Below, in pieces: positions 19,030 through 33,672 of a DNA stretch of 64,000 bases. This DNA is from Meiothermus sp. (GTDB lineage: Bacteria > Deinococcota > Deinococci > Deinococcales > Thermaceae): the NCBI GenBank assembly GCA_033762915.1, contig JANRLD010000042.1:160001-224000 (forward strand). The letters run 5' to 3'. A program made the translations under genes and the position numbers. The notes beneath the pieces were generated by a model, which worked only from the letters and a program-made list of their open reading frames with translations, did not search any database and had not been told where the DNA came from. Position 1 is the first letter of the stretch. Each line of letters opens with the position of its first letter.

Positions 19030-19700
19030 AACCGCCCAAAGAGTGGCTCGAGACCCCCCACTACGAGTTGCACATGGCCTGGCTGACCGCCAAGCGGGAT
19101 GAGCGCATCGCCCCCGAGGCCGAGGAGCTACAAGACCACCCCGGCTGGTGGGTTTGGTGCAAGATCAACTCTTTCCGCAACAGCGTGAAGCCGGTGGTCG
19201 AGCTGGCGCTGAGCGAGGCCACCGACTCGATCAAAAACTGGCAACTCGACCAGAACCCCGAGTTCAGCCAGAACAAGAAGGCCCCCCACCAGGCCGAGCC
19301 GCCCGAGCGCGAGGAGCTGATCCGGCGGCTGCTCGAGTCGCGGCGCACCGAGGTCGGCGACGACGGCCTGATGTACGAGCTGTTCCAGCCCTACGGCGAC
19401 TTCGCGCTCTTGGCACAGGTCTTCTTCGCGCCCTTCCGCGAGGATTTCAAAACAACTTTTGGGGCCGCCAACAACCCGGCCCGCAGCCTCGAGGGCCGGG
19501 TATGCAAGCTGATTGACTTCGAGACCGACGAGGTGTTCTCCCAGGGCGGCGTGAGTATGCAGGGCAACCGCCTGACGGTGGGGTTCTGGTCGAAGGAGTT
19601 CGCGGGGAACTTGGAAGTGGGCGGGGTAGCCTACGCCGAGGCCTTCTGGGAGAGCGGCGGGGTGGAGTTTTATTTGTACAGGCTCGAGGGGGGCGAATGA
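19026..19700 (+). CDS. Hypothetical protein, paralog 2 of 3
   Basis: ATGA overlap; PKEW, PGWWV, YGDFAL, TTFGAANNP, GNRLTVGFW. Confidence 0.85.
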   Translation: MKPPKEWLETPHYELHMAWLTAKRDERIAPEAEELQDHPGWWVWCKINSFRNSVKPVVELALSEATDSIKNWQLDQNPEFSQNKKAPHQAEPPEREELIRRLLESRRTEVGDDGLMYELFQPYGDFALLAQVFFAPFREDFKTTFGAANNPARSLEGRVCKLIDFETDEVFSQGGVSMQGNRLTVGFWSKEFAGNLEVGGVAYAEAFWESGGVEFYLYRLEGGE

Positions 19701-20412
19701 TGGGAAAGTTCAGGAAGAAGCAGGACGAGCCCAACCTGCCCAAAGAGTGGCACAGAACCACGGCGTTCGACGCCTACATGGCCTGGTTCACCAACGACCC
19801 CGAAAAGCGCTACAGTGAAGAGTCGCAAGAACACCTCGAACATAAGGGCTGGTGGGTGCATCTGCCGGTCGTGAACGCGCTTGACGGAATCGCCGACAGC
19901 CAGGTGCAGGCCCTACAGATCATCAAAAACGGAATGCTCAACTGGAAACTCGAGCGAGGCCGGGACAGAGCCCCGGTGCAGCTCTCGAGCCAGGAACTCA
20001 AGGCCCTATGGGAGCGGTTTCGTTCGGCCAAACTCGACCCGCCTAGAGACGGCGTTGTGTACAGCCTGTTCGAGGTGTACGGCGACTTTGCGCTCAAGGC
20101 AGAGATTGACTTCACCTCGTTTTCCCGCGAGTTCTCGACCACTTTCGGCAGCGCCAACAACCCGATCCGCAGCCTGGAGCAGAAACACTGTCGTCTGCTG
20201 GACAACTTGTCCGAGGAAGAGGTCATCTTGGGTGAGGGCTATCCCAGGCTCGAGGGCAACCGTCTGACCGTCGGGGAGTGGACGGAGGAGTTCGACCCCA
20301 GCCTCGAGGTGTGGGGCTCGGCCTACAGCGAGGCCATGTGGGAGACCGAGGACGAAGGCTACTGGCTTATCGCCACATACAAGAACAACCAAGAGGAAGT
20401 TGAGGAACAACC

Positions 20413-20416
<4 letters not shown>
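19697..20416 (+). CDS. Hypothetical protein, paralog 3 of 3
   Basis: ATGA overlaps at both ends; LPKEW, GWWV, YGDFAL, TTFGSANNP, GNRLTVGEW. Confidence 0.85.
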
Positions 20417-23460
<3,044 letters not shown>

Positions 23461-23478
23461 GCCCTGGAGCGGATTCGG

Positions 23479-23500
23479 AGGGGGATTCATGAATCCCCCT
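23479..23500. terminator. Palindrome after valS, putative terminator
   Basis: AGGGGGATTCATGAATCCCCCT is a perfect inverted repeat; no clear T-tail. Confidence 0.5.
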
Positions 23501-23509
23501 ATCCCTTGC

Positions 23510-23555
23510 TTGACAACTGACCGCCGGTCATTTATTATATGACCACTGGTCAGTT
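23510..23555 (+). promoter_or_regulatory. Promoter with two TetR-type operators
   Basis: TTGACA-N17-TATTAT overlapped by TGACCGCCGGTCA (23518-23530) and followed by TGACCACTGGTCA (23540-23552). Confidence 0.8.
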
Positions 23556-24197
23556 ATGAGCAAACTCCGCGCCCGCAACACCGAAGACAAAGAAGCCCGC
23601 CGCGAGCAGATCCTTGCCGAGGCGCTGGCGATGTGGGAAGAGGTGGACTACTCCGACTTCACCATGGGCGCCCTGGCCGCCCGCCTTGGGCTGGCTAAGG
23701 GTACCCTCTACTTGTACTTCCCGACCAAGGAGGAACTCTTCCTCACCGTGTTCGAGCGGCTGCTGGGCGAGTGGTTCGACCTGCTCGAGGCGCGCCTCGC
23801 CAGGGGCCAGTGGGGCGCACCCAAGCTGGCCCGGCTGTTCGCCGAGACCTTGGCCGAGCGCCCCGAGCTGGCCCGCCTGTTCCCGCTGCTGGAAGGCATC
23901 CTCGAGCACAACATCACCCTCGAGAAGGCCAGGGCCTACAAGGGCTGGCTGTTGGGCCGGGCCGCCCCGATTGCCGCGCGGCTGGAGCAGCACCTGGGTC
24001 TGGGCGAAGCGCGGGGCGTGAGGGCGCTGGCCTACGCCCAGGCGCTGGTGTCCGGCCTGCGGCAGATGTCCGACCACTCGCCCGAGGTGCGCGAGGCGCT
24101 GGACCAGCCGCCCCTGAGCGTGCTTCGGGTGGAGTTCCACCCCGACCTCGAGGCCGCCCTGGCCGCGCTGTTCGCCGGGCTAAGGGAGAAACCATGA
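23556..24197 (+). CDS. TetR family regulator
   Basis: FTMGALAARLGLAKGTLYLYFPTKEELF HTH. Confidence 0.92.
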   Translation: MSKLRARNTEDKEARREQILAEALAMWEEVDYSDFTMGALAARLGLAKGTLYLYFPTKEELFLTVFERLLGEWFDLLEARLARGQWGAPKLARLFAETLAERPELARLFPLLEGILEHNITLEKARAYKGWLLGRAAPIAARLEQHLGLGEARGVRALAYAQALVSGLRQMSDHSPEVREALDQPPLSVLRVEFHPDLEAALAALFAGLREKP

Positions 24198-24493
24198 TCG
24201 TTGTTTCCGGAACCGTGAGGGTCAGGCCTGGGCTGCGTCAGGAGGCGGTCGAGCGGGCTGTTTGGATGCAGGCTCTGGTGGAGTCCGAGCCGGGCTGTCT
24301 GAGCTACCGCTTCTACGCCGACCTCGAGCACCCCGACCTGTTCCGCGTATTCGAGGTCTGGGAGTCCGACGCCGCCCTGAAGGTCCACTTCCAGACCCCC
24401 CACATGGCCGAGTTCAACCGCGCCCTGGCCGGGCTGCTGGCCGAAAAGCCCCAGATCACCCGCTACGCAGTTTCCGAGCACACAAGCTTTTAA
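24194..24493 (+). CDS. Antibiotic biosynthesis monooxygenase (ABM) family protein
   Basis: EPGCLSY..FEVWES..HFQTPH; ATGA overlap with tetR. Confidence 0.88.
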   Translation: MIVVSGTVRVRPGLRQEAVERAVWMQALVESEPGCLSYRFYADLEHPDLFRVFEVWESDAALKVHFQTPHMAEFNRALAGLLAEKPQITRYAVSEHTSF

Positions 24494-24503
24494 GGAGGAC
24501 ATT

Positions 24504-25295
24504 ATGGCAAACCCAACCGCACTCATCACCGGCGCGTCCGGCGGCATCGGCGAGGAGCTGGCCCGGGTCTTCGCGGCAAACGGGCACGACGTGGTGCTGG
24601 CGGCCCGCAGCGCTGCTAAGCTCGAGGCCCTGGCCGCCGAGCTGAGCGCTAAGCACAAGGTCCGGGCGTACGCAGTTGCCGCCGACCTGACCGACCCCAA
24701 AGCGCCGGGGCAGTTGCTCGAGCGGGTCGCCGCGCTGGGGCTGACGGTGGATGTGCTGGTGAACAACGCGGGCTTCGCCGACTTCGGGGAGTTCCACAAG
24801 TCCGACCTGGGGAAGCAGCTCGAGATGATGCAGGTCAACATGGTCGCCCTGACCGAACTCAGCCACCGGGTGCTGCCGGGGATGGTGGCGCGGCGCAAGG
24901 GGAGAATCCTCAACGTGGGCAGCACTGGTTCCTTCATGCCCGGCCCGCTGATGTCGGTCTACTACGCCACCAAAGCCTTCGTGCTTTCCGTCTCCGAGGC
25001 GTGGCAAGAGGAACTCAAAGGGACGGGCGTCAGCGTGACTGCGCTGTGCCCGGGCCCGGTCGCCACCGGCTTCCAGAAGGCCGCTGCAATGGAGGGCTCG
25101 AGGCTGCTCTCCAACCCCATGAACCCCATGATGCCTGTGGGCGTGGTCGCCAAGGAGGGCTACGACGCGCTGATGGCGGGCAAGACCATCGTGATTCCGG
25201 GCCTGATGAACCGGGTGTTGGCGGTCACCCCCAGGCTGCTGCCGCGCCGCTTCGTGCCGGCCATTGTGAAGCAGGCTTCGGTGCGGGAGCATTAA
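24504..25295 (+). CDS. SDR family oxidoreductase
   Basis: TGASGGIG, NNAG, YYATK. Confidence 0.92.
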   Translation: MANPTALITGASGGIGEELARVFAANGHDVVLAARSAAKLEALAAELSAKHKVRAYAVAADLTDPKAPGQLLERVAALGLTVDVLVNNAGFADFGEFHKSDLGKQLEMMQVNMVALTELSHRVLPGMVARRKGRILNVGSTGSFMPGPLMSVYYATKAFVLSVSEAWQEELKGTGVSVTALCPGPVATGFQKAAAMEGSRLLSNPMNPMMPVGVVAKEGYDALMAGKTIVIPGLMNRVLAVTPRLLPRRFVPAIVKQASVREH

Positions 25296-25404
25296 GTGGC
25301 TCCACTGCTAAAATGCGAAATACCGCCCCAATCGAAGGGAAATGCGCCAGGAACGTAGCTGCCACGTCCGCCGCTTTCGAAAATCTACCCTGGCGCAACT
25401 TGGT

Positions 25405-25680
25405 GATCGCGTTTCCCACCCATACTCCGCCCACAGTGCCGCGCTAAAGCGGGTGCTAAAGCGTGCGCTAAAGCGTGCGCTAAAGCGGAGATTCTGTTGG
25501 CGAAGTCGGGGTGCAACTCGAGAAGTCGTGTCTTCATCGGTATCTCAATCCTCGCTTTATCGCCCAGATTTGGAGTTCGCCAACAGAATCAGCGGAGTAG
25601 TGTACTCGGTAGGGCGGCTGTTGCCCTACCGAGTGTTCGTGGCAACCGCTCTACAGCAAAAACCGCCCGCTTTAGCGCCG
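25405..25680 (+). repeat. Dispersed repeat R1 copy with four GCTAAAGC units, interrupted by a MITE
   Basis: Collinear with the reverse complement of 2265-2380 once 25490-25596 is removed. Confidence 0.85.
25490..25590. mobile_element. 101-bp MITE with 15-bp terminal inverted repeats and 6-bp target duplication
   Basis: GATTCTGTTGGCGAA ... TTCGCCAACAGAATC flanked by AGCGGA at 25484-25489 and 25591-25596. Confidence 0.85.
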
Positions 25681-25736
25681 TAGGGAGTAGGCTTGGGAAC
25701 TGCTCTCAGTTTTCAACGCCAAAGGATTATCTGGTT

Positions 25737-26762
25737 TCATCGCTGGGTTGTTTTTGGTGGTGGAGCACAACTGCCCCGCCGAATCAGTTTGCCAGGGAAG
25801 CGCTTGCGCACCACCTTGTCCAAAGTCTGATGCTCTACGGCATCCAGCACGATCTTCACAGCCGCCTTGCCCATATCCTCGACGGGTTGTTCAATCACAT
25901 CCAGCGGTGGGTCAACCAAGCCTGTCCAGGAGTAGTTGTCGAAGGTCAGCAGCGAAACATCATAGGGGATGCTTAGGCCCAGTTCCCTAATCGCCTTGAA
26001 GGCACCTGCGGCCTCCATGCCGGTGAGCGAAAACAGCACGGTCGGGGGCGTGGGTAGTTGCATCAGCTCGAGGGTCTGCTGGTAGGCGGCCTCCTCGGTG
26101 CGCTCGATGACTTTTTGGTATTCGGGAATGGGGGAGAGGCCCACTGCTTCCAGCGCTTCGGGGAAGACCCTCGAGCGCTCGTCGGGTGTGAGCACGGGGT
26201 CGTAGCCGCCCAGCGTGGCGATGCGCCGGTGGCCCAGGTCGTAGAGGTAGCGCACGCCTTCGCTCATGCACCCCTTGGCATCGAGCAGCACGTAGCTGAA
26301 GGGGCTGTCGGGGTAGCGGTGGTCGATCTCCAAGATATAGGTTCCGCGGGCGTGCATCTGCCGGAGGTACTCGAGGTTGGGCGAGCCGAAGGCCGAGCGG
26401 ATGATCAGTCCGCTCACCCGGTGGCCGCTGAACATCTTGAGGTTTTGCAGCTCGAGCCGCGACTCGTACTCGGCGTCGGCGATCATCAGGGCGTAGTCGT
26501 GGCCGCGCACGTGCTTGGCGACGGTGCGGATGAGTTCGGCGAAGAAGGGTTCGATGATGTTGCCCACCATCAGCCCCAGGGTCTGGGTGCGCCCGCGCCG
26601 CAGGCTGCCCGCGAGCTGGTCGGGCTCGTAGCCGAGCTCGGCGATGGCGCGCCGGACGCGCTCGAGGGTGGCGGGTTTGAGCAAGTGTGGCTCGTGGATG
26701 GCCCGTTTCGCCGTGGTGGGCGCGACCCCCGCATGCTTGGCAACGTCGAGAATGTTGGGCAC
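25737..26762 (-). CDS. LacI family transcriptional regulator
   Basis: NILDVAKHAGVAPTT, LGYEP, LGHRRIA; GTG start inferred. Confidence 0.92.
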   Translation of the reverse strand: MPNILDVAKHAGVAPTTAKRAIHEPHLLKPATLERVRRAIAELGYEPDQLAGSLRRGRTQTLGLMVGNIIEPFFAELIRTVAKHVRGHDYALMIADAEYESRLELQNLKMFSGHRVSGLIIRSAFGSPNLEYLRQMHARGTYILEIDHRYPDSPFSYVLLDAKGCMSEGVRYLYDLGHRRIATLGGYDPVLTPDERSRVFPEALEAVGLSPIPEYQKVIERTEEAAYQQTLELMQLPTPPTVLFSLTGMEAAGAFKAIRELGLSIPYDVSLLTFDNYSWTGLVDPPLDVIEQPVEDMGKAAVKIVLDAVEHQTLDKVVRKRFPGKLIRRGSCAPPPKTTQR

Positions 26763-26910
26763 GTGACCATTGTAACAAACTGCGGCTTGACAAACAAAGA
26801 GGACGTGCGTATTCTTTTGGACACGAGACCATAAGGCCAGTTGAGGTGTTGACATGCCGTTGTCGCAGAGGGCTCCTCATGGATTTTTGGACAAAATGGT
26901 CACGTGTCCA
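26756..26910. promoter_or_regulatory. Divergent promoter with three LacI-type operators
   Basis: TGGGCACGTGACCA (26756), TGGACACGAGACCA (26818), TGGTCACGTGTCCA (26897); TTGACA-N17-TATTCT at 26787-26815. Confidence 0.8.
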
Positions 26911-26957
26911 TCCGAAAAAAGTTCAGCGGTACCACAGGTTGATCCGGGAGGAAACGT

Positions 26958-28277
<1,320 letters not shown>

Positions 28278-28319
28278 GCGGGCCTCGAGCTGAGCCCGCC
28301 CCCGAGCCAACCTACCCAC

Positions 28320-28455
28320 ACCGTTGTCATTCTGAGCGCAAGGAAGGGCGAAAAGTCTCCCAGAGGCGTACACCGCCGACACAGCCGACCACCCTGACGC
28401 GCCGAGGAGATTGGGATTGCCAGGGGCGCCAAGCGCCCCTCAAAATGACAACGGT
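28320..28455. repeat. Palindromic MITE/REP-like element (R3)
   Basis: ACCGTTGTCATTCTGAG ... CTCAAAATGACAACGGT terminal inverted repeat (16 of 17 match) with an internal hairpin. Confidence 0.75.
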
Positions 28456-28564
28456 CTAGCCGGTCGGTCCTCCGACTGCCCGAAAAAGTGCTCCACAGAC
28501 CCCCATAGCCCCGTCCCTGGCCGGGTGGTGAGCCTCCTTAGCCCGGCCAAGTTGTTTCAGAGTC

Positions 28565-29476
28565 ATGACCATGACCCGCCCTTCTGCCCGCCCAGTACCC
28601 ACCAAGAAAGCCTCGAGGCCCAACACGCTGTGGCTGCTGGGGCCGGCGTTGGCGGTGCTGATCGTCTGGACCCAAATCCCTTTCGTCCTGACTATCTACG
28701 ACTCCTTTCGGCGCTTCAACTTGCTTAACCCCGAGCGCCAGGGCTTCGTGGGATTCGGCAATTTCATCTCCCTCCTGACGGACCATATTTTCTGGACCTC
28801 GATCTGGAACACCCTCGAGCTCGTCGGCCTGGTGCTGTTCTTCACCGTGCTGATCGGGCTCGTTCTGGCGGTGCTGTTCTACCAGGACTTCCCCGGGCGG
28901 GCGCTTGCCCGCACCCTGGTGATTTCCCCCTTCTTCATCATGCCGGTGGTCTCCGCCCTGATCTGGAAGAACATGCTGATGCACCCGGTCTATGGCCTGT
29001 TCGCCTGGATGGCCCAGACCTTCGGGCAAAAGCCGATTGACTGGCTGGCCCAGTTCCCCATGCAGGCCATCGTGATCATGGTGACCTGGCAGTGGATACC
29101 CTTCGCAATGCTCCTGATTCTCACCGGCCTGCAGTCGCTCTCCAGGGAGCAGCTCGAGGCCGCCAAGATAGACGGGGCCAACGCCTGGCAGGAGTTCCGC
29201 TTCATCGTGGTGCCGCACCTGGCCCAGACCCTGAGCGTGGTGGTGATGCTGGAGACCATCTTCCTCCTCACCGTTTTTGCCGAGATATACGCCTCGACCT
29301 CCGGCGGGCCGGGGCTCGAGACCACTACGCTGCCCTACCTGATCTACGTCAAGGCCTTTGGCGAGTACCGCATCGGCGTGGCAGCGGCAGGCGCGGTCTT
29401 CGCGGTCATCCTCGCCAATATCGTGGCGGCTTTTGTGCTGCGGATGATCGGGCGGAATCTGCAGGCGGCGCGGTGA
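28565..29476 (+). CDS. smoF: Carbohydrate ABC permease
   Basis: FVGFGNF, EAAKIDGA (EAA loop), GGPG..TT.LPY. Confidence 0.85.
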   Translation: MTMTRPSARPVPTKKASRPNTLWLLGPALAVLIVWTQIPFVLTIYDSFRRFNLLNPERQGFVGFGNFISLLTDHIFWTSIWNTLELVGLVLFFTVLIGLVLAVLFYQDFPGRALARTLVISPFFIMPVVSALIWKNMLMHPVYGLFAWMAQTFGQKPIDWLAQFPMQAIVIMVTWQWIPFAMLLILTGLQSLSREQLEAAKIDGANAWQEFRFIVVPHLAQTLSVVVMLETIFLLTVFAEIYASTSGGPGLETTTLPYLIYVKAFGEYRIGVAAAGAVFAVILANIVAAFVLRMIGRNLQAAR

Positions 29477-29636
29477 GGAGGGCCGACCCTCGAGACGCCT
29501 TAACCGTGGCCCTTTCTGCGGTCTGTGCTCGAGCCTCCCAAAAACCGCCCAACCCCGGGAACCCCGTACCGCACTGGCGAAGCCGCAGGCCCTACGCAAC
29601 ATCTCCCGCGCAAGCATCTGAAGGTGGCCGCAACCC

Positions 29637-30455
29637 ATGACCAAATCCCGACCCCGCTGGGAACTGACCGTGCTGGCCTATCTGGCGGCGGCGGTGATGT
29701 TCTTCCCGATCTTCTGGATGTTCCTCACCGGCTTTAAGAGCGAGGGAGACGCGATTGCGATCCCCCCCAAGCTGGTCTTCACCCCGACTTTTGAGAGCAT
29801 CGCTGAGGCGCTCTCGCGCTCCGATTATGCCGGTCACTTTCTCAACTCGGTGATCTCGGCCGTCGGCTCGACCGCCTTGGCCCTCATCCTGTCCATACCC
29901 GCTGCCTACGCGCTGGCCTTCTACCCCACCCGGCGCACCAACTCCACCCTGCTGTGGATCATCAGCACCAAGATGATGCCGCCGGTCGGGGTCATCATCC
30001 CTGTCTACCTGGTCTTCCGCGACCTGAAGTGGCTGGACAACGTGTGGGCGCTGGCCCTGATGTACGCAGTAATGAATATGCCGGTGGTGGTCTGGACACT
30101 TTACGCCTACTTCCGCGAGATACCGCACGAGATCATGGAGGCGGCCCGGGTGGACGGCGCGAGCGTTGGGCAGGAACTCACCGTCGTGCTGCTGCCGCTC
30201 TCCGGCCCGGCGGTGGCCTCTGCAGCCCTCCTGAGCATCATTTTCGCCTGGAACGAGACCTTTTGGAGCCTCAACCTCACCTCCGCCCAAGCCTCGCCCC
30301 TGTCGGTCTTCGTCTCCTCCTTCAAGACCGCCGAGGGCCTGTTCTGGGCCAAGATGTCCGCCGCCTCGATGATCGCGGTGCTGCCCGTGATGGTGATGGG
30401 CTGGCTGGCCCAGCGGCAGTTGGTGCGCGGGCTGACCTTCGGGGCAATAAAGTAG
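29637..30455 (+). CDS. smoG: Carbohydrate ABC permease
   Basis: STKMMPPVG, EAARVDGA, EGLFWAKMSAAS, LVRGLTFGA. Confidence 0.85.
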   Translation: MTKSRPRWELTVLAYLAAAVMFFPIFWMFLTGFKSEGDAIAIPPKLVFTPTFESIAEALSRSDYAGHFLNSVISAVGSTALALILSIPAAYALAFYPTRRTNSTLLWIISTKMMPPVGVIIPVYLVFRDLKWLDNVWALALMYAVMNMPVVVWTLYAYFREIPHEIMEAARVDGASVGQELTVVLLPLSGPAVASAALLSIIFAWNETFWSLNLTSAQASPLSVFVSSFKTAEGLFWAKMSAASMIAVLPVMVMGWLAQRQLVRGLTFGAIK

Positions 30456-30548
30456 AAAGGAGATCGGGAGCAGGGACCAGTGACCGGTGCGCAGTGAAAG
30501 TCCAAGAATTTCTCTGACCCTGATCCCTGAACCCTGTTCCCCGCACCC

Positions 30549-31562
30549 ATGAGAGCAGCCGTTATCACACAGCCGAGAACCCTCGAGACCCAGGAAGTCC
30601 GCACGCCCGAGGCGGGTGCGGGAGAGGTGCGGGTGCGGGTGGAGTCCACCGGGGTCTGCGGGACCGACTTGCACCTCTTCGACGGGCACTTCCACGCCAA
30701 CCTGCCCCTGATTGCTGGGCACGAAATCGCGGGCGTGGTTGACCAAGTGGGCCCGGGCGTCCGCGACCTCCGCGAGGGGCAGCGGGTGGCGCTTGACCCG
30801 GTGATTGCCTGCGGGCAGTGCCGGGCCTGTCGGCGTGGGCAGTCGCAGCACTGCCTGAACTTTCAGGCGCTGGGGGTGACGCGGGCGGGCGGCTTCTCGG
30901 AGTATGTGGTGGCCCCCGCAGCCAACGCCTATGCGGTGAACGGCCTCTCCGGGGCCGAGGCCGCCTTAGCCGAGCCGCTGGGCTGCGTGGCCTGGGGCGT
31001 GCTGCGCACCCGGCCCGAGCTGGGAAGCAGCGCGCTGCTGTTCGGGGCCGGCCCCATCGGGCTGCTCTTGATGCAGGCACTGGCAGCCTCTGGGGTGGCG
31101 GGCGTCACCGTGGTTGACCCGGTGGCCGAGCGGCTGGAACTGGCCCTCGAGCTGGGGGCAAGCCGGGTCATCCAGTCGTCGCCTGGCCTGTCCGAGCAGT
31201 TGCGCGACCTCGAGCCCCACGGTTTTGACGTCGTCACTGAGGCCACGGGTGTTCCCGGCGTGGTCGAGGCCATGCCGCAGTACGCGGCGGTGGGCGGCAA
31301 AATCCTGATTTTCGGTGTCGCGCCTGAGGACGCGAGGGTGCAGATCAGCCCCTACGATCTGTTCCAGCGCGACCTGAGCCTGATCGGCAGCTTCTCCCTC
31401 AACAAAACGATCCCCCAAGCCCTGAGCTGGCTCGAGTCGGGCCGCGTAAGGGTCGGGCCGCTCATCAGCCACCGCCTACCCATTGAGTCGTTGAGCCAGG
31501 CCCTGGAGTACAAACAGCATCCGGGCATGGCGGGAGCGCTCAAGGTGCTGATCGAGCCCTGA
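30549..31562 (+). CDS. Zn-dependent alcohol/polyol dehydrogenase (MDR)
   Basis: GVCGTD, GHE, C..C..C...C, GAGPIG. Confidence 0.9.
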   Translation: MRAAVITQPRTLETQEVRTPEAGAGEVRVRVESTGVCGTDLHLFDGHFHANLPLIAGHEIAGVVDQVGPGVRDLREGQRVALDPVIACGQCRACRRGQSQHCLNFQALGVTRAGGFSEYVVAPAANAYAVNGLSGAEAALAEPLGCVAWGVLRTRPELGSSALLFGAGPIGLLLMQALAASGVAGVTVVDPVAERLELALELGASRVIQSSPGLSEQLRDLEPHGFDVVTEATGVPGVVEAMPQYAAVGGKILIFGVAPEDARVQISPYDLFQRDLSLIGSFSLNKTIPQALSWLESGRVRVGPLISHRLPIESLSQALEYKQHPGMAGALKVLIEP

Positions 31563-31844
31563 GCGAGCGCTCAAGCGAAGGTCAGAGGTGGGGAAGGGAG
31601 AGGCGCACGACGCGGGAAGGCGGGGTCTTCCGCCGCCGAAACAACCCCGCAACCCAATCCGCAAAATCGGCGCCATCCCGAGGCCCCAGACCGCGCCGTA
31701 TCCCCAGAAGCCAGGTCACGCGCCTCATCCTTCCGTCGGCTGTCCCTTGCACGCTCCTCGTCCGGCATGAGATCAAAGGCCCAGCCCTTTTGGTGTACAG
31801 TTTGTTAGCTCGAGGAAAATAGAACTCAACTTTAGAGGAGCCTT

Positions 31845-32612
31845 ATGCTGGAACAGTTTAAGCTCGAGAACAAGGTCGCGGTAGTTACGGGCGGGGCGCG
31901 GGGCATCGGCCTGGCGATAGCCACGGCTTTGGCGCAGGCGGGCGCGGCGGTGGTGATCGCCGATCTGAATCCTGACAGCGGCGAGGCCAGCGCCCAGGGG
32001 CTGCGCGACGGCGGGCTCAGGGCCGAGTTCGTGCAACTCGACGTGACTGACTCGGCCCAGGTCGACGCCGTCGCCCGGGAGATCGAAAGGCGGCACGGGC
32101 GGGTCGATGTGCTGGTGAACAACGCCGGAATCTGCCGCAACACGCCCGCCCTCGAGGTCTCTGATGCCGAGTGGCTGGAGGTCTTTAACGTCAACGTCCA
32201 CGGGGTGTTCTGGTGCAGCCGGGCCTTCGGGCGGGTCATGGCCCGGCAGGGCTCGGGCAGCATCATCAACATCGCCTCGATGTCCGGCCAGATCGTCAAC
32301 CGGCCCCAGCCCCAGGCCGCCTACAATGCCTCCAAGGCGGCCGTCACCCACCTCAGCAAGAGCATGGCAGCGGAGCTTTCGGGGGTGGGGGTGCGGGTCA
32401 ACGCCATCTCGCCCGGCTATATCGGCACCGAGATGACCCGGCGCGGCGCGCAGAACCCCGGCTGGGAGAAGGCCTGGCTCGAGGGCACCCCGCTGGGCCG
32501 GATGGGCGAGCCCTCGGAGGTGGCCAACTGCGCGCTGTTCCTGGCCTCGGACGCCTCGAGCTACGTCACCGGGAGCGAGCTGACCGTGGACGGCGGCTAC
32601 ACCGTCTGGTAG
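31845..32612 (+). CDS. SDR polyol dehydrogenase
   Basis: TGGARGIG, NNAG, ASMSG.IVNRPQPQAAYNASK. Confidence 0.9.
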   Translation: MLEQFKLENKVAVVTGGARGIGLAIATALAQAGAAVVIADLNPDSGEASAQGLRDGGLRAEFVQLDVTDSAQVDAVAREIERRHGRVDVLVNNAGICRNTPALEVSDAEWLEVFNVNVHGVFWCSRAFGRVMARQGSGSIINIASMSGQIVNRPQPQAAYNASKAAVTHLSKSMAAELSGVGVRVNAISPGYIGTEMTRRGAQNPGWEKAWLEGTPLGRMGEPSEVANCALFLASDASSYVTGSELTVDGGYTVW

Positions 32613-32703
32613 GGCAAAGGGCGAGGAAGTAGGAAAGCCGAAAAAGCCTAGTGTGGGTGGTTTCTGCCTCTTTCTGCCATTTCTTTTTCATGAAAGGCCA
32701 GCC

Positions 32704-33672
32704 ATGCGAACCCTGATCTCCAGTCCCCACCGCATTGCCTGGATAGACGCCCCCGAGCCCAGCCTGGGGGCAGGGGAGGTCTTGCTCAAGCCCTTGGCGG
32801 TGGGGGTGTGCGGCTCTGACTTGCACGTGTTCGAGGGGCAGCACCCGTTCGTGGGGTATCCGGTCTATCCCGGGCACGAGGTGGCGGCCAGGGTGGTCGA
32901 GACGGGCCCGGGCGTGGACGCCGCTTGGCGTGGGGCGCTGGTGGCCCTCGAGCCCTCCATCACCTGCGGGGACTGTGCGGCCTGCCGCGGCGGGCGCTAC
33001 AACATCTGCGAGAGCCTGCAGGTGATGGGCTTCCAGGCCCCCGGCGCGATGGCCGAGGCCTTTGTGACCCGGCCGCGCTTCCTGCACCGGCTACCCGAGG
33101 GCTTCGACGCCGAGCTCGGCGCGATGGTGGAGCCGCTGGCGGTGGCGGTTCACGCGGTCTTGCTGAGCGAGGTGCGGGGCCGGAAGGTGGGCGTGCTGGG
33201 GGCAGGCACCATCGGGCTGCTGGTCGCACAGGTCGCCAAGGCCTACGGTGCGGCCGGCGTGGAGGCGGTAGACCTGCTGGATTCCCGCCGCAATTTGGCC
33301 GAGTCGCTGGGGGTGCAGGCCAAGCTGCCCGACAGCGCCAAGTACGACACCATCTTTGAGTGCGTGGGGACCGAGCGGGCGCTCGAGGCGGCCATCCAGG
33401 GGGTCCGCAAGGGCGGCAACATCATCGTCTTGGGCGTACACGGCAGGCCCGCCGCGCTCAGCGTCGGGTTGATCCAGGACTGGGAGATTGGCATCAAGGG
33501 CAGTCTGATGTACACCTACCGCGACTACCAGGAGGCCATCCGGCTGTTTGCAAACGGGCAGGTGCAGGGAAAGCCCCTCGTCACCCACCGCTTCGCCCTG
33601 AGCGAGGTGGGGCGGGCCTTTGCGGCAGCCCTCGAGCGCCAGACCGCGCTGAAGGTGATGTTGCACGGCTAG
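32704..33672 (+). CDS. Zn-dependent dehydrogenase (MDR)
   Basis: GVCGSD, PGHE, structural Cys cluster, GAGTIG. Confidence 0.9.
   Translation: MRTLISSPHRIAWIDAPEPSLGAGEVLLKPLAVGVCGSDLHVFEGQHPFVGYPVYPGHEVAARVVETGPGVDAAWRGALVALEPSITCGDCAACRGGRYNICESLQVMGFQAPGAMAEAFVTRPRFLHRLPEGFDAELGAMVEPLAVAVHAVLLSEVRGRKVGVLGAGTIGLLVAQVAKAYGAAGVEAVDLLDSRRNLAESLGVQAKLPDSAKYDTIFECVGTERALEAAIQGVRKGGNIIVLGVHGRPAALSVGLIQDWEIGIKGSLMYTYRDYQEAIRLFANGQVQGKPLVTHRFALSEVGRAFAAALERQTALKVMLHG

Noticed and set aside
25441..25489. Possible CRISPR array from tandem GCGCTAAAGC repeats
   Set aside because: 12-bp period with no unique spacers, and no cas genes.
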